In this document: one piece after another, positions 52,806 to 64,000 of the stretch
How the letters are laid out: the number at the start of each line of letters is the position of its first letter
How positions within the stretch are numbered: position 1 is the first letter of the stretch
Source: Podarcis gaigeae
Lineage: Eukaryota
DNA: 64,000 nt
Strand: one strand, 5' to 3'
Assembly (NCBI GenBank): GCA_964106915.2
Contig: OZ066917.1
Translations under genes and position numbers: made by a program
The notes under the pieces: model-generated
Databases searched by the model: none
Told to the model about the DNA's origin: nothing
What the model saw: the letters and a program-made list of their open reading frames with translations, nothing else

Positions 52806-53697
52806 TTCCAACTAAAGAAGATTGGCAACGTAAATTAATGGATAATAATAATAATAATAATATCTTCTTCTTCTTCTTCTTCTTCTTCTTCTTCTTCTTC
52901 TTCTTCTTCTTCTTCTTCTTCATGCCCCGCCCATCTGGCTGGGTTTCCCCAGCCACTCTGGGCAGCTTCCAACCAAATATTAAAAACAATACAGCATCAG
53001 ACATTAAAAACTTCCCTAAACAGGGCCACCTTCAGTTGTCTTTTAAAAGTAAAATAGTTGTTTATTGCCTTGACATCTGCTAGGAGGGTGTTCCACAGGG
53101 TAGGTGCCACTACTGAGAAGGCCCTGGTTCCCTGTAACCTCACTTCTCACAGTGAGGGAACCGCCAGAAGGCCATCAGAGCTGGACCTCAGTGTCCGGGC
53201 TGGATGATGGGGATGGAGACACTCCTTCAGGTATACAGGACCAAGGCCATTTAGGGCTTTAAAGGTCAGCACCAACACTTTGAATTGTGCTTGGAAATGT
53301 ACTGGGAGCCATGCTGAAATGGCTAAATTAACTGGAAGACTAAGAAATCAAGAGGACAGCAAATATAAAAAAAGAATGGGAAATGTTTATTGCATTTTTA
53401 CAAAAGCATTGTAAAGAAGTTAACACAATAGCAGGGTTTTAAAAAATACTTGTAATATTAAGGACAATGTTTGAAATTGGAAATATTCAAATATAAGAAA
53501 AATGTAGACATGTACAACATAAGAAAATATAAAAGAACCAGGCGAAGGAATGGAGGGAAGTGAAGGGATCGGAGGAATCCCAAAATATGGATTTAACATG
53601 GTATGAAAGTGTTTTATTTTCTATTTTCTATTTTAATTGTATTTGTTTATTATGGTATGTGAAGACAATGTCTGATTGTGAAAAATTATAAAAAAAG
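52806..53697 (+). mobile_element. 5'-truncated L1 (ORF2 C-terminus, 3' UTR, A-rich tail) split by an L2
   Basis: 15-bp TSD AAATGTCTGTGTCTT (52791-52805, 53698-53712); PTKEDWQRKLMD | YAEMAKLTGRLRNQ...EWEMFIAFLQKHC. Confidence 0.85.
52844..53310 (-). mobile_element. L2 LINE 3' fragment with (GAA)n(ATT)n tail
   Basis: LPVHFQAQFKVLVLTFKALNGLGPVYLKE...RAFSVVAPTLWN. Confidence 0.9.
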
Positions 53698-54469
53698 AAA
53701 TGTCTGTGTCTTGTATGTAGAGGGGGAGATTAGATGTCCATGAATAGGTGTGTGAATCTGTGTGTATTCTGTGAGTGGGGTGGATCTGTGTTTATTTGTG
53801 AGAGGTATGTATTGAATGAATGTATGTGTATCACTGTGTCCACCATTACTGATGAACATGCCACTAGAATCTGGCCCCAGAGCACCCACCCACCCTGGCA
53901 TGTGGCCGGGGGAAGGGAAGCTTACCCACCCCTGCATTAAAAGGTGACTTCTGGATTCTGCACCAGCTTGAGCTTCCAATACGTCTGTGTTGTGTAGAAG
54001 GTATAGAATGCATATTTTTGTTGTTTTATTTTAATAGACACCATTTCTTGCAATAACTCCTTACAAGGCAGCTTACCAACCTGTGGACTGATCAAAATGT
54101 TACATGATCAACAGAACTGGTAGATTTTTGATGCCGTTTTCTTTTGCAGCAGTGAAAGAAAAATCCTATATCTAGATACAGAGATCTAGATCTGGAATGC
54201 AGCAAAGGGATAATGTTACATAGGAAGATGCCTTCTACTTTGTCAGGTCCATGAAGCTGTGCTGATTGGAAGCAGCTCTCCTTTCCAGGGTTTCAGACAG
54301 CAGCCTTTCCCAGCCCTACCTGTAGTTGCTGGGAGTTGAACCTAAGAGCTTTTGCATGGAAACTATAAGCTGTATCACTGAGCTATGGCCCTTCATTTAT
54401 GATATTCTGTTCCTTCAGTACAATACTCTTGTCTGTTTCAGCCACCTTCCGCTCATCCTCTAACTCCTA

Positions 54470-54834
54470 GGTAAAGGTAAAGGTACCCCTGCCCGTACGG
54501 GCCAGTCGTGACCGACTTAAGGGTTGTGCACTCATCTCACTCTAGAGGCCGGGAGCCAGCGCTGTCCGCAGACAATTCCGGGTCACGTGGCCAGCGTGAC
54601 AAAGCTGCTCTGGCGAGCCAGCACCAGCGCAGCACACGGAACACCGTTTACCTTCCCGCTAGAAAGCGGTACCTATTTATCTACTTGCACTTAATTGTGC
54701 TTTCGAACTGCTAGGTGGGCGGGAGCTGGGACCGAACAATGGGAGCTCACCCTGCCGCAGGGATTCGAACCGCTGACCATGCGATCGGCAAGTCCTAGGC
54801 GCTGAGGTTTTACCCACAGCGCCACCCGCGTCCC
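54470..54834 (-). mobile_element. Full-length young Sauria/Squam1 SINE
   Basis: 10-bp TSD CTAACTCCTA; intact A/B boxes; CpG-rich; (ACCTTT) tail. Confidence 0.95.
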
Positions 54835-54910
54835 CTAACTCCTAACCACCTACAAATATTTGTTTCTGCCGCCATTATATATTTCCTAACATATGCAGCC
54901 ATCCCCCACT

Positions 54911-55167
54911 GGGGAGCCAGTGTGGTGTAGTGGTTAAGAGTGGTAGTCTCCTAATCTGGGGAACCGGGTTCGCGTCTCCGCTCCTCCACATGCAGCTGCT
55001 GGGTGACCTTGGGCCAGTCACACTTCTGTGAAGTCTCTCAGCCCCACTCACCTCACAGAGTGTTTGTTGTGGGGGAGGAAGGGAAAGGAGACTGTTAGCC
55101 GCTTTGAGACTCCTGAAGGGGAGTGAAAGGCGGGATATCAAATCCAAACTCTTCTTCTTCTTCTTCT
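54911..55167 (+). mobile_element. Squam2-like SINE
   Basis: Full-length, (CTT)n tail. Confidence 0.9.
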
Positions 55168-55681
55168 ACTTAGAAATGATCCCACATTGAAAATATCGAA
55201 TCTCATTACTCTACAAACATGGAAAGGCAATCTCATTCTCAGTTTCTCTCTCACCCATATGCAGAGAAAGAGAGGGAGTGAGAGCACTTAGAATTAACTA
55301 ATGGTGGCTGAAAATAAACTGGCTTGCAAAACATTTGAACATGGAGAAGGTTTTGTGAAATAGGACAAAGCTGGACTAGATGACCCTCGAGATCCCTTCC
55401 AATTCTACAGTTCTGTGGGAAATAAAAAGGGCAAGGTCACTTGGAACTGAGCGTGCACACCACTTTTGAGAACAGTGGAGGATAAGCTACTGACCATGGT
55501 GGTTAAGTTCTGCCTCCATTGTTGGAGGCAACTGCTGAGAATCATAAATGTGGAGAGCACTGCTGTGAGAAGGTGGGGGACACTGGAAAAACGGGGAGAA
55601 ATTGCAGTGGGGAAGTTGGTCAAGGAAATCATGTGGAGGAGAAGTTGAACTCCCCTCTCCTCTTTTACATATGATCCCAAT

Positions 55682-55948
55682 CAGGGCCAGCCCAGTCATT
55701 AGGTGGAGTGAGCCACCACCTCAGGCAGCAAAAGCCCCTGAAGCAGCACACCTCTGGGTGCCCTGCCAGCCTTGCTGGCTCCACTGCTAGCAGCGGTGAT
55801 GATTTGGGGTGAGAGCTTTCAAAGTGCAAGAGATCTCACTCAAAATCAGTGCCAGAGGAGGTGGGGCGAGCAGTACAGACAGTGGTGGCAGGGCAGGGTG
55901 TCACTGCCCATTTTGCCTCAAGAGGCAAAACAGCACATACCACCCCTG
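55682..55948. mobile_element. hAT-type MITE
   Basis: CAGGG...CCCCTG ends; TSD ATCCCAAT/ATCCTAAT. Confidence 0.65.
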
Positions 55949-56124
55949 ATCCTAATTGAGATTGGAAGGGACTAAAGTAAGATGGTCAGAAGATATATTT
56001 ATTGGAAGGAGTCCTCTATTTGAAGACATGTCTGATCCAAGTCTCATTTAAAGATAGAGTGCAAATCACTATGCCTAGACTATTGCCAGTGAATAACTCA
56101 AAAGCTTGTACTGGATGCTCATAC

Positions 56125-56425
56125 ACTTACTGGGCCAGGGTCAAATTTCTTACATTGGTTTAAATGGCCCTTAACAGCTTGGGTCCAGGACCCCTCAAGG
56201 ACTGCCTCACCCCTTACATCCCTGCTTAATCACTGAGGACTTTGAGGGAGTCACTGTTAGTGGTCCCCAATGGAGTGGATGTGTGACTCATATCCATCAG
56301 GAGCTGTGTTCCTTTTCATGGTCCTAGTTTTATGGCGCTCCTTTCCAATTAAAGCCAGACAGGCCCACTCCCTGTGCTTATGCAACACTTCTTTATTCCT
56401 GCAGGCTTTCTACTGAATTCTGATT
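56125..56425 (+). mobile_element. L2 3' fragment (family of 11612)
   Basis: ALNSLGPGPLKDCLTPYIPA motif; colinear with 11640-11925. Confidence 0.75.
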
Positions 56426-56493
56426 TTGTAGTTCGTTTGTGGTGCATTTTCAATCTCCTGTACACCTGTATGGTTAAGTAGTATACAAATCAT

Positions 56494-56538
<45 letters not shown>
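56494..56538 (+). repeat. (GAAA)n microsatellite
   Basis: Direct reading; other SSRs at ~2538, ~9113, ~10182, ~15846, ~19434, ~38355 and ~46997. Confidence 0.95.
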
Positions 56539-56539
<1 letters not shown>

Positions 56540-59382
56540 GGGGAGAACAATTTCTGCAATTTGCGTAGCACAACAGTGTGACTCTTAACAATGCATTTGT
56601 GTTTCTGTGTACACAATGTATGGAACACACAGACACCATCTGCGTGTTTACATTGTGAGCCTCTTAGCACTTTCTTTTTCCCCCTGCTTGCTGTAGCTAT
56701 TTAGAGGAATGTGTGTAAATCTGCATATGTTGCTGCGCAAGCTGCTAATTATATGCTCATTGCTCTTCACAGTCAATTTCTCTTACCTGCATTTGTTTTA
56801 ACAAGCATTTGTTGTAACTGCTATAATTGGGTTTTATTTACATTTGAGTTCCAGCTTCTCTCACCCCCTATTTCTGCATATCGATGAGTGTTATGTCTGG
56901 GGATCCAGCAGAGAAAGACTGCCGCAGGAGAGCTGGAGGTAAACACAACCACTTGCTATGTTTCCTGTAGCACTCTAAGGAAATAAGCAGGAAATACAAC
57001 AAAGAGCCCACCTGGGGAATACGGGCTTTCGAAAATTTAAAGAAGCACACCACAGCCTTCAGTGATACAGCATCAGAAAACCACATCATTAGTTTTCATG
57101 CATGTACACCACCAGCACATAGCAGCATGGAATCCTGGTAAAAGTGAATGCTGGGAATGAACTCTTCTTCCCAGGAGGACTACATCAGGGATGGAGAACT
57201 TGTGGTCCTCTAGATGTTGATGGACCCTATCTTTCTTTTCCAGCATGGGCAATGATAATGGGTGATGGGACCTGAAGTAATGGGGTGAAGCAGCAGCATT
57301 TGCCTGACCTCTTGACAGCTGCTTCATGGGATGGTGGGGCAGCGGGGAAGTTGGCATGGTGCAAACACATTGGTGGAGTCAAGCCAGTGTTCCTGCCAAT
57401 GTGTTTGCACCCTGCCACCATCCTTGCTGCCTCACCCCTCCACCTCTTCCTCCCAGTAAGCAGCAGCAACTCAGCTGCCCAGAGACTGACTTCCCCACCA
57501 CTCTGTGGTCCAGCAACAGCTGGAAGGCTACTGGCTCCTTACTCCTTTTCTGAATGTGTGGAGTTTCACCTCCTCCAGGTTAATGAAATGCTCTAGAGCC
57601 TTACTACAATTTAAATAAAGATTCCCACTTGATAGAAACCGAATTGCATTGGAGAAATGCATTCTGATTCCCCCTCGGCATTATTAGAAAGCAACAGAGT
57701 TGGGTCAGCAGACTAAAACTGTAAGTTATATTTTAATGTGGTAAACCACTCAACTGAGACTTCTAAATTCTATATCTTTTTATTATTATTATATGCTTTA
57801 TACTCAGCTGACTATAAAGGAAACAAACCCCCCTTGTTCTGAGCACCAATAAACAAGGTTGGTTAAGAAGAGGTTTTTACGCATTTATTTTTAGGCTCTT
57901 AAATCCATGATTGCAAACAGATGCACTTTCAATTTATTTTCTTTCCGGTGGAATAAAAAAAGCAACAGGATTGATAGCTGCTTTGAAATGAACCCTTGCA
58001 GATAGAGGCACAAGACAATGGAGGGTTTTGTTGTTGTTGTTGTTGGACTCTAGTCTGTGCCAATCTTCTAATCTGTAAAACATTTAGTCCGGGTGTGTTT
58101 GGGAAGGAGGAGGGCAGAACAGCGTGTGTCAATATCAAACTGTTCTGCAAGATTGCCAGAACTATATAGTTTTTTATATATGAAGCAATTTGGGCTTTTT
58201 CTTAGAAGGGAAGGGGTGTGTGTGTGTGTAAAATCTCATTGACATTTCTGACCAAAGCAGCCCATCCTACTTTTTGCAGATGGCCTTATCAAGTGCAGAA
58301 AAAAAGGTTGAGGCCATTTTTCTTCATTTCCTCTCCTCTCAGACCTGTAACCAGCAATTTTAAAAGGCATTGTAAGGTAGCCCAAGACAGCCCAAATGTC
58401 TGCGAAGTCATTTTTTTTTACTTAATTTTAACCATATTTAATGTTAAGCCAGTGTTTAAAAGACTGCTCTCCCACCCTCCCATATCTTGGTAAATAAAAG
58501 TGCTAGAGGTTTCTTACTTAGCTGTTTGTTTTTTAACAATCTCAGAGGAAGGGTCTGTATATACCCATGAATGTCTATGGCACTTTAGTAGGATAAGCTC
58601 TGTGCAGATACTGTTTCTGTAAGAGACATGCCCTTGCTACATGGAAGAAACATCTATCTGCATTTTATATCATTTTCAGTTACAAATGTCAACACCACAT
58701 TTATCAACTTCATTTTTTCCAATTCTGCTACCATTTTGGCCTGGTTTGAATCAGTGGCATGCAAGAGGGAAATAATTTAATTGCTATATTCATTTTCATT
58801 GATAAAACATTCATTATTTCTTTTTCTAAGTGAATCAGAGCAAGTCCATTCATTTCCATATGTACCATTCATTTCAGTAGCCATGGAGTGCCAAGTGTCA
58901 GTAGGAAAAGAAAAGAAAAATGGAAAACTGAATGATGGGAAGTGGAATGCCCTACTTGGATGAAATGACTGGCCAGAACCCTAAACAGGAATAAGGATAT
59001 ACCACAACATTTAGTTGCAGTTTCCAATTGTTTAAACCAAACAGAGCAGTGGCTGCTTAGGCAGATTGCTGCCAGTCTTGCACAGCAGCTGAGTGTGGCA
59101 AGGCAGAAGAACTGAGCAGCAGACCAGACTCAAGTGCCAGACAGTCTTAAATAGCAGGAGAGATCTGCATTTACACACAAACAGCAATGGCAGTTTGGAT
59201 TTGACCAGCTACATTGAGTGTCCTAATGTCAGACCAAGCAGAGTTTGAAGGCTCAGTTGCATAGTTGAAATGAAATGGATCTCTGCCTACTTAGTCTCTT
59301 AGTTTGGAGACTCCCTCAGATAAGCTGTTCTGAGCCTCCTGGAGAAAAAGAGTGATATTAATATAATAAATAAATATATTGC

Positions 59383-59626
59383 NNNNNNNNNNNNNNNNNN
59401 NNNNNNNNNNNNNNNNNNNNNNNNNNNNNNNNNNNNNNNNNNNNNNNNNNNNNNNNNNNNNNNNNNNNNNNNNNNNNNNNNNNNNNNNNNNNNNNNNNNN
59501 NNNNNNNNNNNNNNNNNNNNNNNNNNNNNNNNNNNNNNNNNNNNNNNNNNNNNNNNNNNNNNNNNNNNNNNNNNNNNNNNNNNNNNNNNNNNNNNNNNNN
59601 NNNNNNNNNNNNNNNNNNNNNNNNNN
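59383..59626. other. Assembly gap (244 N)
   Basis: Run of N, followed by ATCT repeats. Confidence 1.
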
Positions 59627-60571
59627 ATCTATCTATCTACAACAGGAGATGGCAGTTCTTGCAAGCATCCCCACACACCCTCGCCCTGGGTGGTGCCTTT
59701 AGGCTGCGTTTGGTGTCTGGGCCTCCAGAGATAGAGAGAAATGCAAACCACAAAATGTGTGGCTGTTCAGAACTGACATTGTGGTCCTTTCTAAAAATAA
59801 CTAGAGGTGACATGTTCCTCAAGTGTGGCCTGACACTTACTCTCCTCTGTAATCTCAGAGAGGAGAAAGCTTTCCAGCAGCCCAGTTTTAATTACGGCTT
59901 ATTTAGGTTCATCCAGAGGGACTGTTCAGTTGTCATGACAAATGCAAGGACAAGCAGTTACAATTATCTTATCGTGCAATCTGCAATCATGCACAGACTC
60001 TCTCCTTGTAAAAGTTGGATGCTCTAGTTTGTTTTTAACTGCACATTTGTGACCTTTGTGACAACCTAATTCTAACCTATTTCTCCTAAACCAGAGGCGT
60101 GGAAATGAGATGTTGTTGGAATACAACACCCATTATTCCTGACCCATAGAACCCCAGAACCATTGACCTTGTTGTCTGGGGCTAATGGGAATTGATGTCA
60201 AGGAATATCTGGATGGCCACAGGTTTCTCATGCCTGTTCTAAACCATGCTTGTCATATTTCCTCTGAAGTAAAGAAGCTTGGTGACACCTAAGGCAGGTG
60301 ACTGGAGATGGAAGCAAGTGGTATTCATTCATGTTGCTTATGGGGAAATGGGTACATACATCCTCCCAGAAAGCATATCGACTGGTGGCAAAGGACTGTA
60401 GTCTTCCCTTTCAAATCATAGTAAATTTGTCACGGTGGATCTTCTTGCAAAGAAGGGCAGCTGCTTGGTCCCCTTCATCAATGGCAGATCTCATTGTGGG
60501 TAAGAGACCCACCAGGGTGCTTTCCGTCAAGTAAGTCTTGAGTTGGGCTCTTTACATGTGGGCTAGGTATG

Positions 60572-61061
60572 CATACCTTCCAATATTTTCCAGCAAAAAA
60601 TTGGGATGTGTGGCTTTTGGTGGTATTCTGATGTGTGAGTCAGTTGGCTCACGAAAGAGCACAGGCACCAAAAGACACTTGAGTCAGCTGGCTGCCTCTC
60701 CTGCCATAACCCCTACCTGCCACCTGCTTACTCTCTTCCCTCCTCACTCACTTCCTCTGCCCACACAGTACCTCATGCTGCCATGACAGCAGCAGTGGCT
60801 TTGGCTTCTGCAGAGAAGGGCCAATAAGATTGTCGCACACATCCACTGCCTCTGCGGTGGGGAGATGCCTCCCCCATGCAGAAGGGTTCCACTTGAGGAG
60901 GGTTCCCCTGTTAAGCACAAGCACAGCTCCTCGCCCTCCCGTGCTTGGAGGCAGTGGTGCTGGAGGGGGGGAATGGGACATTCACGGATGAAATTGGAAG
61001 CTGGGGTTGCTTCTGTAATTCTGTGAATGTCCTGGCTAAATAGGGACACTTGGTGGGTATG
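60572..61061. mobile_element. MITE with CATACC-type TIR
   Basis: CATACCTTCCAA / TTGGTGGGTATG. Confidence 0.55.
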
Positions 61062-61849
61062 TGCCCGCAGAAAAAGAAAACTCTCTTCAATCCTTGTTCC
61101 AGAAAAACATTTGGTAATCCAGCACAGCCTTAAATCGTCCTTTCCCTAATAAGTTTCAACTGTGTGTCCTAAAACACTTGACATTCTTTTTTCTTCTTTT
61201 TTTACTCATAAAAAAGAGCAGCATGTCAAAGGCACAGTCTCTTGATGTTGCCTACCCCAAATGAAAGAGTACCTCAAAGTCATATTTTAAAAGGCTTTTT
61301 TAATTCTAAAAAAAGAATCAGCTGGCTTTGGTTTTGTTTCCTAAATATACTATATCTGAAGGTAATTAAGACTCTCAAAAGAGATAGTTGTTATGGCAAA
61401 GCTCAAAGGCAAATCCGCCCCCTGCCCCCCCAGGCTAGGCTTTATACAGGTCTGCCGAAGACCTATCAGGCCATCAGCTTATTTATTTTTAATTAAAGTT
61501 ATATGTTTCTAAAGGTTTGTTCTCATAGGAAATCAGGACTGATTAAGTAGATGATAATGCAGTTCCCATAAAGGTTACCCATGTGCAGCAATAAAAACCT
61601 TGTCTTTGAGAATAATGGGATTCTTTAGTTCAGTATACTTTCATTGGATTATATGGAAGTTCATATGACCGAAAGAGGGCAGCTAGATGTTTTTTTGTCC
61701 CACTGTTAGAGGAGATGGGTATATTTTGGTATCTGTACCTGAGATTGCTTTCAAGATAGGCTCAAATCCTTTCTCAGGTATTACACGTAGGGCATTCACA
61801 GTTGGAAGTAGGAGTGAAAGATAAAAGCTAAAAGAAAGTACTATGGAAC

Positions 61850-62110
61850 CAAGATGGCCTTAAAAGATGATTAGACAAATTCATGGAGGAGAGGGCCATT
61901 GGTATCTATTAGCCATGATGGCTCAGCTCTGCCTCCACAGTTGGAGGCAGCAATAATTCTGAATAGCAGTTTCTGGAAACCACAGGACGGGAGAGGGCTC
62001 TTGTGCTTGGGTCTTCCTTGCAGGTTTCCCACAGGCATCTGGTGGGAACAGGATGCTGGACTAGATGGGTCATTGGCCTGATCCCAGCAGGCTCTTCTTG
62101 GGTTCTTATG
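61850..62110 (+). mobile_element. CR1 3' end
   Basis: DGLKR*LDKFMEERAI, then 3' UTR and TTCTTATG tail. Confidence 0.8.
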
Positions 62111-62267
62111 AGTGGAACTGGGCTTCTCACCCACTCCCAGTGTCATACTAGCCCCAACATCTGATTGAGCACAGTTGTTTGCAATTCCCATGCAACCAAG
62201 GGTCCTATTCATGTGAAGTCCCTTTGGGCAAACATCTGCTTGTGCATTAGGGTTCCTTTGCAAACAA

Positions 62268-62338
62268 TCTGTGAACCGCCCTGAGACCTGCGGGTATAGG
62301 GCGGTATACAAATTTAATGAACAACAACAATAGCAATA
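62268..62338 (+). mobile_element. L2-type 3' terminal stem-loop and tail
   Basis: TGTGAACCGCCCTGAGACC..AGGGCGGTATACAAAT(AAC)n. Confidence 0.7.
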
Positions 62339-63053
62339 GCGTCCATGGTCAATTTGCTCCCGTTTCAAGCCATACGTGCTCTCTACATGTGAGTAATGCA
62401 TGAGCAGGGCTTCAGAGAATATTCAAGGGCATTATCTCAGGGCATACAGAGAGGAGGCAGGAGGACAGAATAATAAAAAAGGAAGAATAAAGGACACAAA
62501 ATATGTTGAAGAATGGAGTGAGACAAGAATGGGATGAAGATAACTCTGAAGAAGGCATTTAGGCAGCTGCTTTGAAGAGACATTCCCAATGGTCACCTTT
62601 CTTTCATGGTAAAATTGCAGAAGGGGTTAGCAGAATGAGACTGGATCTCTGTTTCAGCATCTTGCCAAGCAAAGCTCTGATTTTAAATCTCCTTGTGCCA
62701 TTTTCAGCTGATGCAACAGATGCATCAGTATGTGAGTGCCAAATGTAAAGTGAGAAGCAGCCTTTGAATGAATGAATCATTCAAGGGCAGCTGTAGCCCA
62801 GTGCAGTGCACTTAAAGCAGGGGAGTTGTAGAGTCGCCTGGGAGGCCATTTAGCTATTCTTTACAGTCATAGGTTTCAACTCCACTTACCTGGGAGTAAG
62901 CCCCACTAAATTCAATGAGATTTCTGAGTAGACGTGGTTAGCTTTGCAGCCTTAAGCTATATACACACTCCCATTTCCTGCGTCCAGTGCACTCCCATGC
63001 CACTGGTTTGGGAAGTGGTGAATATACAATATTAGCCATAATTCATATCTATC

Positions 63054-63240
63054 AGGGGTGCCAACTTGAATAAAATATTGGGGGGCCCAGGTAAGCCCCA
63101 TCTTGCATAATTGAACACATGGCACAGTGCATGCACACCATTTGAATGGCAATGACCATCAGCTTTGGGGAGCCCAGCCCCCTCAAATATTTTATTAGAG
63201 GGGCAAAAAACTCCTTGGCCCCTAGGAGTTAGCTTCTATC
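63054..63240. mobile_element. MITE (inverse of 39204-39388)
   Basis: Shared CCATTTGAATGGCAA, CCCTCAAATATTT and CCCCTAGGAG segments. Confidence 0.7.
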
Positions 63241-63794
63241 CCATCATTTCTTGTGAAATACTGTGTTTGTCCCCAACACAGCCTTGATCCTAATGGAGAA
63301 AAAGGATGACCTAGCTGTGTTTTAACCTGGTCATGTATACACAGCTTGAGTCAATTACTTGCTTTACATGAGGACCATTCTAAGGTTATTCACCCTCATC
63401 CCCATCACCCCCAGTGTAGACTGCAAGCAGCTCCATGGCCACAGACTTGCCATTGTTTCCTCATATATCCCACTTGCCTAAGTGTTGGAAACTGGACGGA
63501 TGGGGGTGGGGGAGCAAGAAAGAGAATAGTGGTACATAGAATCCAGTCACTGATTTCTAGCTCATCATAAGCTAACTCTTAGTAATCACAGAAGCAGCAT
63601 GTGACAGACAGACATGGAGAGGCTGGTTTCCTAATCAAGGATTTCCATTAAATAACAAACGCATGATGTAAAATCAGTAGATATCTAACCAGAGGTGCAG
63701 TGAAATATAACTGCAGATTTATTTAGGACACTTCTAGGCTGTCACCATTCTTGGGTGGGATGTTTATTTGCTGCCTTCTTGGGTGGGATGTTTA

Positions 63795-64000
63795 TTAGAT
63801 GAGCCTTCCAGGGGAGAGCATTCCACAAATGGGGAGCCACCACAGAAAAGGCCCATTCTTATGTTGCCATTCTCTAGACCTTTTGTGGAGAAGGCTCGTG
63901 AAGAAGGGCATCAGATTATTATTGCGGGGTCTGGGTTAGAGAATATGGAGAGAGGCAGTCCTTGAGATATTGCAGTCCTGAGATATTTAAAGCTTTATAG
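63795..64000 (-). mobile_element. L2 3' fragment (continues beyond window)
   Basis: Minus strand YKALNISGLQYLKDCL...AFSVVAPHLWNALP. Confidence 0.8.

Noticed and set aside
59379-59702. ORF spanning the N run
   Set aside because: Artefact of the assembly gap
61871-62401. 176-aa minus-strand ORF
   Set aside because: Runs antisense through CR1 and L2 tails
1-64000. CRISPR arrays, operons or prokaryotic defence systems
   Set aside because: Eukaryotic repeat-rich DNA; no regularly spaced repeat-spacer array or gene-dense region

Overview
Vertebrate nuclear DNA, almost certainly from a squamate and probably a lacertid lizard. The evidence is the repeat set: Sauria/Squam1 SINEs, Bov-B RTE LINEs, fairly fresh L2 and CR1 3' ends, a lizard-type L1 C-terminus, and many hAT and Tc1/mariner MITEs. 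I recognise no host protein-coding exon, so the window looks intergenic or lies inside a large intron. The only long real coding sequence is the reverse transcriptase of a 5'-truncated Bov-B (40341-41998, minus strand, 15-bp TSD). Other structure: a Bov-B whose 5' UTR is fused to its 3' end inside one TSD pair (35512-36410); two solo LTRs with 5-bp TSDs; an L1 split by an L2; several nested MITE/SINE insertions; a ~104-nt pre-miRNA-like hairpin (57333-57436); a perfect fold-back at a SINE 5' junction; several repeat-free blocks that may be conserved enhancers; and a 244-N assembly gap. Family names come from recalled consensus features, not a database search. No new multi-gene system is supported by the sequence.
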